Source: a virus
Lineage: Duplodnaviria > Caudoviricetes
Length of the DNA: 62,741 nt
Reading direction: 5' to 3' (one strand)
IMG/VR virus record: IMGVR_UViG_3300036773_000072
Location: 1 to 62,741 of that record
Shown here: piece by piece, positions 18,602-27,527 of the stretch
How the letters are laid out: the number at the start of each line of letters is the position of its first letter
Position numbering within the stretch: the stretch's first letter is position 1
Notes under the pieces: model-generated
The model's input: only the letters and a program-made list of their open reading frames with translations
Database searches by the model: none
What the model was told of the DNA's origin: nothing
Translations under genes and position numbers: made by a program

Positions 18602-19174
18602 ATGCTGCTGCCGCTGATCGTGATCGGTGCGGACGACCTGGTCAAGACGGCTCTGGAGCCGTATGCGCAGGTCGGACACATCGCGTATCACCCTACGGCT
18701 GAAGACGCGCACTTCGCGCTGTGTGACGCCGCAGTGCGCGAGGGCCTGGAGATGCACGTCCGGGACGACGAGCTGGGCTGGCCCGTGCACGTCGGCTACG
18801 GCCCGGCGGGCTACGGCGCGCTCACGGTCGGCTCGGTCGCCTCGCAGCGGATGGCTCGCCTGCGGCACACGGGCCACACGCTGATCCTCGGGCACGGCAT
18901 CGACCCCGATCCGGGCCGACCGGTGAGGTTCCTCGGTGGCGGACCGGCGGGCGAGCCGCCCAACACCAGCGTGTGGCAGGCGGCCGTCGCCGTGTCGGCC
19001 GACCACGTCCTGGATCTGGGCCACGAGTACGCCGTGACGCATCTCGTGGCCTATCTGGAGTGGAAGTCGCCAGCGGACAGCACCAGCGTGTTCGGCGAGC
19101 CGGGCAGCGCCAAGCGGAGGGAGCTGGTCAACGAGGCGTTCCGAGACAGGCCGACTGGAGGCTGGTGGCAGTGA
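18602..19174 (+). CDS. Protein resembling the N-terminal CheY-like domain of Ssd/Rv3660c
   Basis: VWQAAVAVSADHVLDL…LVAYL resembles the Ssd N-domain (from memory). Confidence 0.4.
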   Translation: MLLPLIVIGADDLVKTALEPYAQVGHIAYHPTAEDAHFALCDAAVREGLEMHVRDDELGWPVHVGYGPAGYGALTVGSVASQRMARLRHTGHTLILGHGIDPDPGRPVRFLGGGPAGEPPNTSVWQAAVAVSADHVLDLGHEYAVTHLVAYLEWKSPADSTSVFGEPGSAKRRELVNEAFRDRPTGGWWQ

Positions 19175-19271
19175 TCGAGCCGTTCCTGATCGTGTTCGTC
19201 CTGGTGATCTTCCTGCCGGGCGTGGCCGTGGGCATCATGCTGGCCCGCAAGCTGCGGGAGTGGCGGAAGTG

Positions 19272-19628
19272 ATGGCCGGCGAGACGACGCGCAAGGCGGA
19301 CGCCCGGACCGGTGCGAAGGGTCGGCCGGCGCACTGCGAGTTCTGCCGCGAGCAGATCGTCTGGGCGGAATGGATGCCCAACCCGCGTGCCCGCACCAAG
19401 AAGGGTCCGCAGCTCGTGCCGATCGACCCGGAGCCCAACGACCGGATCGGCAAACTCGTCCTGACGCCGCGTGCGGGCGATCGCCCGCTGGTGGGCGAGA
19501 TGGGCACGAAACAGGCGGCCGGCTACCGCGAGCACGGCGGCCACACGTACGTCCAGCACGTGAAGACGTGCACGAAGGCCGACGACCTGCGACGCAAGAT
19601 CGTGGCCCGGAACAGGAAGACACCGTGA
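19272..19628 (+). CDS. Zn-finger-like actinophage protein
   Basis: CEFCREQIVWA…PIDPEP…YVQHVKTC. Confidence 0.7.
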   Translation: MAGETTRKADARTGAKGRPAHCEFCREQIVWAEWMPNPRARTKKGPQLVPIDPEPNDRIGKLVLTPRAGDRPLVGEMGTKQAAGYREHGGHTYVQHVKTCTKADDLRRKIVARNRKTP

Positions 19629-20325
19629 CGCCAGCCGGTCGGGTGGCCGACGACCCCGGCCGGCTGTGCCCTACCACGCCGAAGTGGATGGGAAGTGGAT
19701 TGACCGTGGACCCAACTCGCGCCCAGCGACCCGGCAAGGTCGTGCCGGATACTCCGGCGTTCGCCGCACTGAGCGGGTGGCTGCCGGTCCGGGACGACAG
19801 TCCCGATGGAGACGAACTGGCCCGCTCGGACGTGGGCGTTGCTGCCGAGGCAGCCCGCGTGGCGCTGGATGCCGGACTGGCCAGGTTGCGAGCGTTGTTG
19901 CCAGAAACAGGACAGGAGATGGACGGAAATGGCCGAGGAACAGCCGGACCAGGCGCCACCGCAGGCGGGCAGCCCGGAATGGATGCTGGACAAGCTCAAC
20001 GATGAAGGCGCGCAGTGTGAGTCGGACTACGACGATGGGGCTGACGGCTGGTTCGGTTGGCGCGTCGCCAACCCGAGCAACTACGGCAAGTTGGCCATGC
20101 ACACCCTGATCGTGCGGTGGACCCCGGACAGCGAGGACGGGGTCAAGCAGCCGATGCAGGAACGCCGCTGGCGGATGCTCGCCGTGCCCGAGGGGACCAT
20201 GTGATGGACGACCTACCCGACCGATTCGACGCGGTGTACGTGGCCCCCGATGGCCTGGGCGTCATCTTCGGCCCGAGTCCGCGTGATCATGACGACCTGG
20301 ACGGATAGATTCACCAGCGCAGACC

Positions 20326-20356
20326 AGTGTACCCCCGTCTCGTACGGGGGTACACT
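20326..20356 (+). promoter_or_regulatory. Repeated promoter/operator, copy 4 (perfect 13-bp palindromic arms)
   Basis: AGTGTACCCCCGT-ctcgt-ACGGGGGTACACT; ATG at 20364. Confidence 0.8.
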
Positions 20357-20363
20357 CGCGTTC

Positions 20364-20654
20364 ATGACCACTCGGTACCACCGCCACCCGCCGTTCCACC
20401 GCTCGATCCGGCACACCGCGCTGTACTGGCTGCTGGGCCTGTGGGCGGTTGAGCTGACCGTGTGGATCTGCATCGTCACCGTGGTCGGCTGCGCGCTGGC
20501 GATCCGCTACGTGATGCCCTACGTGCTCAAGCTCGTCGCGCTGGCCCTCGCCTTCGCGGCCTTCCTCGTCGTGGCGTCCTTCGCCCTGCTGCGCGGCCGG
20601 AAGGTCAACCGCAGGGCGTGGCGAGTCGACCCGGCCGGCACCACTACCCGGTAG
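20364..20654 (+). CDS. Small membrane protein (leaderless)
   Basis: Two hydrophobic segments. Confidence 0.65.
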   Translation: MTTRYHRHPPFHRSIRHTALYWLLGLWAVELTVWICIVTVVGCALAIRYVMPYVLKLVALALAFAAFLVVASFALLRGRKVNRRAWRVDPAGTTTR

Positions 20655-20673
20655 TCACGCAACTCCGCGCACC

Positions 20674-20718
20674 CGTCTCGCCCCGTCCGGCATGATCTGT
20701 GCCAGACGGGGCGAGACG
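20674..20718 (+). terminator. Hairpin before the capsid gene
   Basis: CGTCTCGCCCCGTC / GACGGGGCGAGACG. Confidence 0.65.
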
Positions 20719-20815
20719 CGCAGGCAGGTCCCCAGGTCCCCACGGCGCAGCCCGACTGCACCATGCGGTCGCTGGCCGACCCGTGCCGGTAGACCTCCAG
20801 TGAAGGGACAGCGCG

Positions 20816-22747
20816 GTGAACCGCATCGTCCAGATCATCCAGCAGCTTGCTGCGGCCGAAACGGACCGTGAGCGCGAGGCGCTGCGTGGACAGCTCGCGG
20901 CCGAGATCCGCCTGCTGTCCGAGACCGACCTGCGCGCAGCCCTGACGGCCATCCGGGCGCGCGGTACCGAACTGGCCACCGAGGACGCCACCGAAGCGGT
21001 CGTGGGCGAGATCGAGCTGCTGCGCGACCAGGCGCGAGCGATCAACGCAGCCCTGACCGAACGGTCCGAGGGCACCAGCCTGGCGGATCGCCAGCGGGAA
21101 GCGCTCGCGGCGCTGGACGGCGACGACGCGGCCACGCACCACGACCCGACGAACGACACGGGTGCGCCCGACCAGGCCGCTGCGCCGGTACCCAGCCCGG
21201 CCGATCAGGGTGGAGGCGAGGGCAACCAGCCTGCCGCTCGACAGACGGAGGACGACACAGGCACCACAGAGGACGACCCGGCGGCCGGCGGCCGGCACGA
21301 GGCCGGCGACGGGCAGCAGGCGGCCGGACGACGGCTGGGCGGGCTCAACCGGGGCGACGGGCGACAGGAGGCCACCTACGCAGGCCAGGTACGGGTCACC
21401 ACGCGCCTTCAGGGCGGCATTCCGGGGTACGAGGTAGGCCAGCAGCCCACGACCCGGCGCGAGCTGGCCGAGGCGTTCCGCGAGCGGTACCAGACGATTG
21501 CCCGGTCGCAGGGGCCAGCCGAGAAGATCCACGTGGCCCGGATGATGTTCGATTACCCGGAGGACAGGCGTCTCACCCCGGCCGACGCGCTGACCAACAC
21601 TTCGCGGATCGAGCTGGCGACGCAGCCCCAGAGCCTCACCGCTGCGGCACAGTCCGGCGGCTTGTGCCTGCCGCTGGAGGTCATCTACGACATCAACGTG
21701 GTCGGCGTGACCAACCGGCCGGTCCGTGACGCGCTGACCCGGTTCCAGGTGGAGCGTGGCGGTATCCAGTACCGGCTGCCGTTCGACGCGCTCCAGATGG
21801 CCGAGGGCCTGGGCGTGTGGGGACAGGACAATGACCAGTCGGTGCAGGTGGCACCGGGCAACGTGGTGACGTACGAGTCCGGGAACGATTCTCAGGGCAA
21901 CCCGTTCGGACCGAAGACGTGCCTGGTGGTGGACTGCCCTGGCGTGGTGGAAGCGTCGATCTACAGCACGTACATGTGCCTGGAGTTCGCGAACATGACG
22001 GCGCGGTTCGACACCGAGTGGGTGGACGCGACGAACCAGGCGGCACAGGTGGCCTGGGCACGGTTCGCGGAGAACCAACTGCTGTCGCGGCTGCTGGCCG
22101 GTAGCAAGATCGTGTACGGCAAGCAGGCGCTGGGCGCGGTCCGCGACATGCTGGCCACCTACGACAAGGTGATCAGCTACTACCGCAACCGGCACCGCCT
22201 GGACACGACGGTGCCGCTGCACACGATCATGCCGCAGTGGCTGATCGACATGCTGCGGACCGACATGGCTCGGGCGATGAATACGACGGGCGACCCGTCC
22301 GTGCAGTTCGCGATCGCGCAGGCCACGCTCGAAACGTGGTTCCGCACCCGCAACGTCAACGTCACCTGGCACCTGGACGGTCTGGCCGCGACCGCTGCCC
22401 CCGTCAACGGTGTCGCCGTGCCGCAGCAGTTCTACAACACCCTGGCCGCCGGCCAGGCCGTGCCCGGCTGGCCCAACGCGGTGGACTCCCTGCTGTACCG
22501 CGAGGGCGATTGGCTGTTCCTGGACGGCGGCACGCTGGACCTCGGACTGGTGCGGGATTCCCAGCTCAACATGCGCAACCGGTACCAGACGTTCACCGAG
22601 ACGTTCGAGGGTGTGGCGTTCAACGGCCTGGAGTCCCTGCGGGTCGTGCTGCCGCTCATGCCGACCGGCGCCAGCTCGGGCACGATCGCACCGGAGACGG
22701 ACGGCTCGTGGGATGGCATGGCCGTCTACACCACGTCGGGCGGCTGA
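20816..22747 (+). CDS. Major capsid (hexamer) protein with N-terminal scaffold-like region
   Basis: SLTAAAQSGGLCLPLEVIYD, RPVRDAL, ERGGI, FLDGGTLDLGLVRDSQLN…FTETFEG, typical of cluster-B-like capsids. Confidence 0.9.
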   Translation: MNRIVQIIQQLAAAETDREREALRGQLAAEIRLLSETDLRAALTAIRARGTELATEDATEAVVGEIELLRDQARAINAALTERSEGTSLADRQREALAALDGDDAATHHDPTNDTGAPDQAAAPVPSPADQGGGEGNQPAARQTEDDTGTTEDDPAAGGRHEAGDGQQAAGRRLGGLNRGDGRQEATYAGQVRVTTRLQGGIPGYEVGQQPTTRRELAEAFRERYQTIARSQGPAEKIHVARMMFDYPEDRRLTPADALTNTSRIELATQPQSLTAAAQSGGLCLPLEVIYDINVVGVTNRPVRDALTRFQVERGGIQYRLPFDALQMAEGLGVWGQDNDQSVQVAPGNVVTYESGNDSQGNPFGPKTCLVVDCPGVVEASIYSTYMCLEFANMTARFDTEWVDATNQAAQVAWARFAENQLLSRLLAGSKIVYGKQALGAVRDMLATYDKVISYYRNRHRLDTTVPLHTIMPQWLIDMLRTDMARAMNTTGDPSVQFAIAQATLETWFRTRNVNVTWHLDGLAATAAPVNGVAVPQQFYNTLAAGQAVPGWPNAVDSLLYREGDWLFLDGGTLDLGLVRDSQLNMRNRYQTFTETFEGVAFNGLESLRVVLPLMPTGASSGTIAPETDGSWDGMAVYTTSGG

Positions 22748-22780
22748 TCGGCCAGCCGAGACGGCTGAAGGAAGGTCTAC

Positions 22781-23617
22781 ATGCTGTTCACCGAGGTCAC
22801 TGGCTATCGGGCTACCGGCGTCCGGGTGGCGAACCTGGCCGCGTCCGCAATGCCGGCGGCCGAAGGCGAGGACGCACGGCGGTGGCAGGAGGGAATGGCG
22901 TGGCGGTCGGAGCTGTGCCCGCAGTTCGAGGTGGCGGACCCGTGCGCGGACCTGACCGGCGAGCCGGCGGACTCCACGGACGGCATCGTCTACTACCACC
23001 CGGTTGGGTACCGCGTCCGCGACTACTGCACCACGCTCAACGTCGCGTTCGACCTCGAACGGGTAAGGCGTAGGGCGGAAGCGGTCGCCAGTTTCGCAGC
23101 GGCGCAGGAGCTGTGGACCGGCACGGCAACGCAGGCCAACCCGTTCACGTCGCCTGCCGGCGCCGACGAGGTCAACGCCTACCTGGCGTCGACTGACGCG
23201 ACGGTGATCACCACGGCGGTGACGGACCCGATGGAAGCGCTGGGCCTGCTGGAGGAACGTGCTCGGCAGGCCATGGGCGGCGCACAGTGCTTCCTGCACG
23301 TCCCGGTGCGTATCGCCACCCAACTCGGTGCGCAGATCCGGCGCGTCGGCAACCTGCTCTACACCCAGACCGACGCGGTGATCGTGGCCGATCCGGGCTA
23401 CCCCGGTCTCGGACCGGGCGAGACGGACCCCACAGCGCCGGGAGTGTGGTGCTACGCCACCGGTCCGGTGTCCCTGCGGTTCGCGGACATCGCCGTCATG
23501 ACCGACCCCGTGTCGGCCACGATCAACCGGTCCACCAACCGCAGGGAAGTGTGGGCTGACCGCATGTTCGCCGCGACGTTCGACCCGTGCGTGCACTTCG
23601 CGTGCCAGATTGCGTGA
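22781..23617 (+). CDS. Second capsid protein (pentamer-protein-like)
   Basis: Directly after the capsid gene; RWQEG…ELWTG…ALGLLE…DPGY…YATGPV…N…ADR…FDPC pattern. Confidence 0.65.
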   Translation: MLFTEVTGYRATGVRVANLAASAMPAAEGEDARRWQEGMAWRSELCPQFEVADPCADLTGEPADSTDGIVYYHPVGYRVRDYCTTLNVAFDLERVRRRAEAVASFAAAQELWTGTATQANPFTSPAGADEVNAYLASTDATVITTAVTDPMEALGLLEERARQAMGGAQCFLHVPVRIATQLGAQIRRVGNLLYTQTDAVIVADPGYPGLGPGETDPTAPGVWCYATGPVSLRFADIAVMTDPVSATINRSTNRREVWADRMFAATFDPCVHFACQIA

Positions 23618-23632
23618 CCAGGAGGAACGACG

Positions 23633-24298
23633 ATGGCGTACGACGGTGCAGGTTCGATCTTCGCTCTCGGCATGAGGGTGTCCAAGCTGGATGCCATGGG
23701 CCTACCGCTGGTGGGCACCAACTTCTGCTACTGCTCGCAGGCGCTGGTGAAAGCCGAGCTGGGCCTGGAGTACGAGGACGCCAAGGAGGTCGTGCAGCTC
23801 AACGGCCAGGGCATCGCGTGCGTCAACTACCAGGCGCCGTACACCCTGAAGCGCGGTGCGATCGGCGGATTGCAGATCTGCCAGCCGGACCCCAACCTGC
23901 TCTCGTTCCTGATCGGTGGCGACACGGTCTCGGACACGGCCACGCCGCCCAACCAGATCGGCTACCGGGCGCCGCTGACGGGCGTGGAGGAACTGCCCAA
24001 CGGCATCTCGATCGAGCTGTGGAGCCGGGCCGTGATCGGGTCCGCGTTCGCCCGATCGCTGCCTTACCTGCACTGGGTGATTCCGCAGTGCTACCTCACG
24101 CCGACCGGCAACTGGATTCTGGCGGCCGACTCCGCGACGCTGCCGGAGTTCCTGGGCTACGGCGTGCAGAACCCTGGCTGGGGCAAGGGTCCGGAGAACG
24201 ACTACCTGACGCCTTCGGACCGGGTGTGGCAGTACACCCGTGAGGCGAGCATCCCGGACCTGTCGGTGGGGTTCGTGACGAGCGTCGTCCAGACGTGA
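23633..24298 (+). CDS. Major tail protein
   Basis: AGGAGG SD; RVSKLD…G.AC…ICQPDP…IGY…SIELWS…YLHWVIP. Confidence 0.8.
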   Translation: MAYDGAGSIFALGMRVSKLDAMGLPLVGTNFCYCSQALVKAELGLEYEDAKEVVQLNGQGIACVNYQAPYTLKRGAIGGLQICQPDPNLLSFLIGGDTVSDTATPPNQIGYRAPLTGVEELPNGISIELWSRAVIGSAFARSLPYLHWVIPQCYLTPTGNWILAADSATLPEFLGYGVQNPGWGKGPENDYLTPSDRVWQYTREASIPDLSVGFVTSVVQT

Positions 24299-25080
24299 GC
24301 AGTCCCGGCAACCCGGCGCCGCGCAGCGCGGAGTTGTGCGGGCCGTGGGCGAACCCGGATGACGTGGGCGAGGCCGACCGGTCGCTGGTGTCCACCGCGC
24401 AGTGGGTGTCGTGGCTGATGGCCGCGTCGGAGGTGATGTACGCGCTGTCCGGCCGACAGTGGTCGGGTGCGGGCTGCACCGCGACGGTGGAGCTGCGCAA
24501 CCAGCCGCCGGCACCGGGCACCGGGGCGTGGCCCTACTACCGGACATGGGGCGAGTCGGCGCAGTCCTACTGGTGGTGGAGCTTCTCGGGCTGGGCCTGG
24601 TTCCCCCGGTATGTGGGCATCCCGCCACAGCCGATGGCGATCAAGCTGCCGCATGACGAGGTCGTCTCGATCACGGACGTGACGGTGGAGGGCGTGGCGT
24701 TCACCGCCTACCGGCTGCTCAAGTCGGGCTGGATCGAGCGCACGGACGGTCGGCGCTGGGTGGAGTTCACCGGTTCCACCGTGATCAACTACGCCTACGG
24801 TGACCCGCCGTCCGAGATGGGCGTGCAGGCGTGCGTCCGGCTGGCCGTGGAGCTGGTGAAGGACTCGATCGGGGCAAAGTGTGATCTACCCAAGCGGGTC
24901 ACCTCGATCACCCGCCAGGGCATCGCCGTGGCCGTGATCGACCCGATGATCTTCCTGAAGGAAGGCCGGACCGGGCTGTATGAGGTGGACCTGTTCCTGG
25001 CCGCCGTGAACCCGCAGTCACGCCGCTCGCGAGCCACTGTGTGGTCGCCGGACATTCCCAGGGCACTGCGCTCGCCATGA
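24295..25080 (+). CDS. Head-to-tail adaptor
   Basis: ASEVMYALSGRQW…CDLPKRVTSITRQG…TGLYEVDLFL..VNP. Confidence 0.8.
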   Translation: MSSPGNPAPRSAELCGPWANPDDVGEADRSLVSTAQWVSWLMAASEVMYALSGRQWSGAGCTATVELRNQPPAPGTGAWPYYRTWGESAQSYWWWSFSGWAWFPRYVGIPPQPMAIKLPHDEVVSITDVTVEGVAFTAYRLLKSGWIERTDGRRWVEFTGSTVINYAYGDPPSEMGVQACVRLAVELVKDSIGAKCDLPKRVTSITRQGIAVAVIDPMIFLKEGRTGLYEVDLFLAAVNPQSRRSRATVWSPDIPRALRSP

Positions 25081-25595
25081 CCGTGTGGTCCCACCTGTTT
25101 CCCTCGTTCGACACGTGGTGGCCGAACATCTATGCCGGGTTCTACTGGTCACCATTCGTCGCCCTGGTCATGTGGCTGCTGCACCGTGCACAGCGCTCGT
25201 GGCTACGGCGCGAGAACGAGCGGCACCACGCGGCGATCCGGGTCACGATGGCCGCCCACCACGCGGCCGTGCGGCGACTTCTGTACGGCATCGCACGGCC
25301 CGAGGACATCGTGGCGGACTACCCTGCCCGGCATGACGCTGAGCCGCCCGCACGACCCGTTCAGTCACCATGTGGCCGTTCCGGCGGTCGGATACCCGGC
25401 CGACCTGGTGATCGTGGACGACCCGGCCGCCATCGAGCCCCAGGTGGTCCAGGAGCCGCCGGAGACGGTGCCCCCGGCCGCTGAGCCAACCCGCACCCGT
25501 CCGAAGCGCACACGGCGCAACGGGGCAGGCGGACGACGGGTCCGCGCCAAGCCGACCGAGGCGGATCTGGCGGCTGCGATCGAACGGATGGGCCA

Positions 25596-26168
25596 GTGAG
25601 CTTCCCCTTCGCCTACGCCCCACCTTCCGGCGGGGTTGACCTACTGACCATCCCGAAGGCGTTCCTGGCTTACGTCGTGGCCTACCTGGAGCAGTCCGGG
25701 GTCACCGTGCCAGATCGGCGGTACGTGGGTGGCGGTACGCCGCAGGATGTGGCCTGGGACTGCGAGCAGGTCACGATCACGCTGGCCGAGGTCGGCTGGG
25801 GCCGGTCCAGGGACGCCACACAGCTCTCGCCCGCCTTCGGCAAGCAAGCCTCGGTCGATGCGATGCGGCACGCCACCTACGCGCTGACCCTGGTCCGCTG
25901 CTATCCGACGATCGGGGACCGGGGCGAGCTGCCGACTCTGGACGATCTGGAGGCGGCCGGCGAGCAGCAGATGATCGATGCGGGGCTGCTGAGTCAGGCC
26001 GGCGTCAACTTCGTCGCCTTCCCCAACGACGCGGTACCACCCGGCGCGAGCGTGCAGGCCGGTGCCGTACAGCCTGTCGGGCCGGCTGGCGGCTTCCTGG
26101 GCCTAGAGCTGGCGCTGACCGCCACGGTCGCAACGCTCAACCCGCCGGCACCGGGACAGCACACATGA
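25596..26168 (+). CDS. Tail terminator-like protein
   Basis: VAWDCEQ…LVRC.P…PVGPAGG; synteny. Confidence 0.65.
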   Translation: MSFPFAYAPPSGGVDLLTIPKAFLAYVVAYLEQSGVTVPDRRYVGGGTPQDVAWDCEQVTITLAEVGWGRSRDATQLSPAFGKQASVDAMRHATYALTLVRCYPTIGDRGELPTLDDLEAAGEQQMIDAGLLSQAGVNFVAFPNDAVPPGASVQAGAVQPVGPAGGFLGLELALTATVATLNPPAPGQHT

Positions 26169-26590
26169 CCGTGATCGTGGCGACCGTAACCGGTGGCGTC
26201 GACAACGCGAAGTGGCTGCGTTTCGCCAACGATCTGCGCAGTCCGATCCGCCGTGACCTGGACCGGCGAGCGATGAAGGTGCTGGACAAGGCGCGAGCCG
26301 AGTGCCCGAGGCGCACCGGGAAGCTGGCCGCGACCGGGCGCAAGCAGCCGGGCCTGAGCGGCGAGCGACCCTACGTGGACGTGACGTTCGGCCACCCGAA
26401 AGAGACGCCCTACCTGGGGTACGTGCTGTACGGCACGCCACCGCACATGATCGCCGCGCGAGCGAACCGGCCCAACCCGCACCTGCGGTTCGTCGTGGGC
26501 GGCATGGTGGTGTTTGCCCGTGTCGTCAACCATCCCGGCACTCGCGCGAACGACTTCCTCAACCGCGCGCTGCCGTTGGCGGCCGGCTGA
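26165..26590 (+). CDS. HK97 gp10-like neck/tail-completion protein
   Basis: CPRRTGKL…YVLYGTPPH.I…LRF…VNHPGTRANDFL. Confidence 0.75.
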   Translation: MTVIVATVTGGVDNAKWLRFANDLRSPIRRDLDRRAMKVLDKARAECPRRTGKLAATGRKQPGLSGERPYVDVTFGHPKETPYLGYVLYGTPPHMIAARANRPNPHLRFVVGGMVVFARVVNHPGTRANDFLNRALPLAAG

Positions 26591-26712
26591 TGACGCTGGT
26601 GGTGCTGTATCTGGGCATCTCGGGTGCCCTGTGGCTGGCCGGCGATCGGGTAGCCGCGTTGATCTGGTGGGTGGCGGCACTGGTCGCCGCACTGAACGAC
26701 AGGAGATCGATC

Positions 26713-27216
26713 ATGTCCGGCAAGCGGTACCACACTCGGAACCCGTCCCAGATCCCACCCGAGCCGTTCGAGTTGGAGGTGTGGCGCAACGGCAAGAGCG
26801 AGATCCACGAGTTCGTGGCCCGGCCGCAGGCGGATGCCGGCGCCACGCTGATGTTCACCACGTCCGGCGAGGACGGTGAGCGCAAGGCGCAGGCCGTGTT
26901 CCGGATGATGTCCCGGATGCTGCGGGATGACGACGGCGTGCCGGCGGCCTGGGTGCCGGTGCCGCTGCCCAAGCCGGGCAACGCGGGCGCGAGTTGGCAG
27001 CCGAAGTTCCGTGGCCCAGACGGCAAGCTCTACACGATGGACAAGGCGCCGCAGTTCACCGAGCCAGCCAAGGGCTCCAGCCGGCGCCGCTGGGACCACA
27101 TGATGTTCGAGGACGACGGGGTCACCGTGGACATCGAGGTGATCGGGGAGATCCTGGAGGATCTCGTGGCGGTCGCGGCCGAACGCCCTACGGTCGGGTC
27201 GTCGCCATCTGCCTGA
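26713..27216 (+). CDS. Tail assembly chaperone, short form
   Basis: AGGAG SD; upstream of tape measure; ends …ERPT…. Confidence 0.75.
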   Translation: MSGKRYHTRNPSQIPPEPFELEVWRNGKSEIHEFVARPQADAGATLMFTTSGEDGERKAQAVFRMMSRMLRDDDGVPAAWVPVPLPKPGNAGASWQPKFRGPDGKLYTMDKAPQFTEPAKGSSRRRWDHMMFEDDGVTVDIEVIGEILEDLVAVAAERPTVGSSPSA

Positions 27217-27515
27217 CGGCCCGTCACCCCCAACTCGGTCCCTACATCCGTGGACGGCTCGTCCTGGCCGGTCTGGACTTGCGTACGGCGATATCGGACT
27301 GGTGCGACGCGGTGTACGCGATCCTGGCCGAGGCGCCCGGCGAGCGGCTGGAGAAGCTACTGGATCACTTCACCACGATGGAAGCGGTGATTGATCCGGA
27401 GCGTGCTCGGGCCACCTGGGGCCTGTTGCCGGAGCACACCGCGAGAGCGGGCGCACTGGAACAGGAGACCGAGCAGCACATTCCGCCCATGCCGTCCGGG
27501 CGGTCCGCGCGGTAG
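27186..27515 (+). CDS. Tail assembly chaperone -1 frameshift extension
   Basis: -1 frame open from CGC_CCT_ACG (27184-27192) to TAG 27515; ends …ATWG…. Confidence 0.65.
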   Translation, partial: PYGRVVAICLTARHPQLGPYIRGRLVLAGLDLRTAISDWCDAVYAILAEAPGERLEKLLDHFTTMEAVIDPERARATWGLLPEHTARAGALEQETEQHIPPMPSGRSAR

Positions 27516-27527
27516 GGAGGTGGGCCG

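Noticed and set aside
20519-23596. 1025-aa minus-strand ORF and similar long antisense ORFs (13854-16034, 31192-33876, 41609-43633)
   Set aside because: Shadow frames of GC3-biased plus-strand genes; Arg/Gly/His-rich with no motifs
27184-27192. Tail chaperone -1 frameshift as a novelty
   Set aside because: Expected feature of long-tailed phages; listed as a feature only
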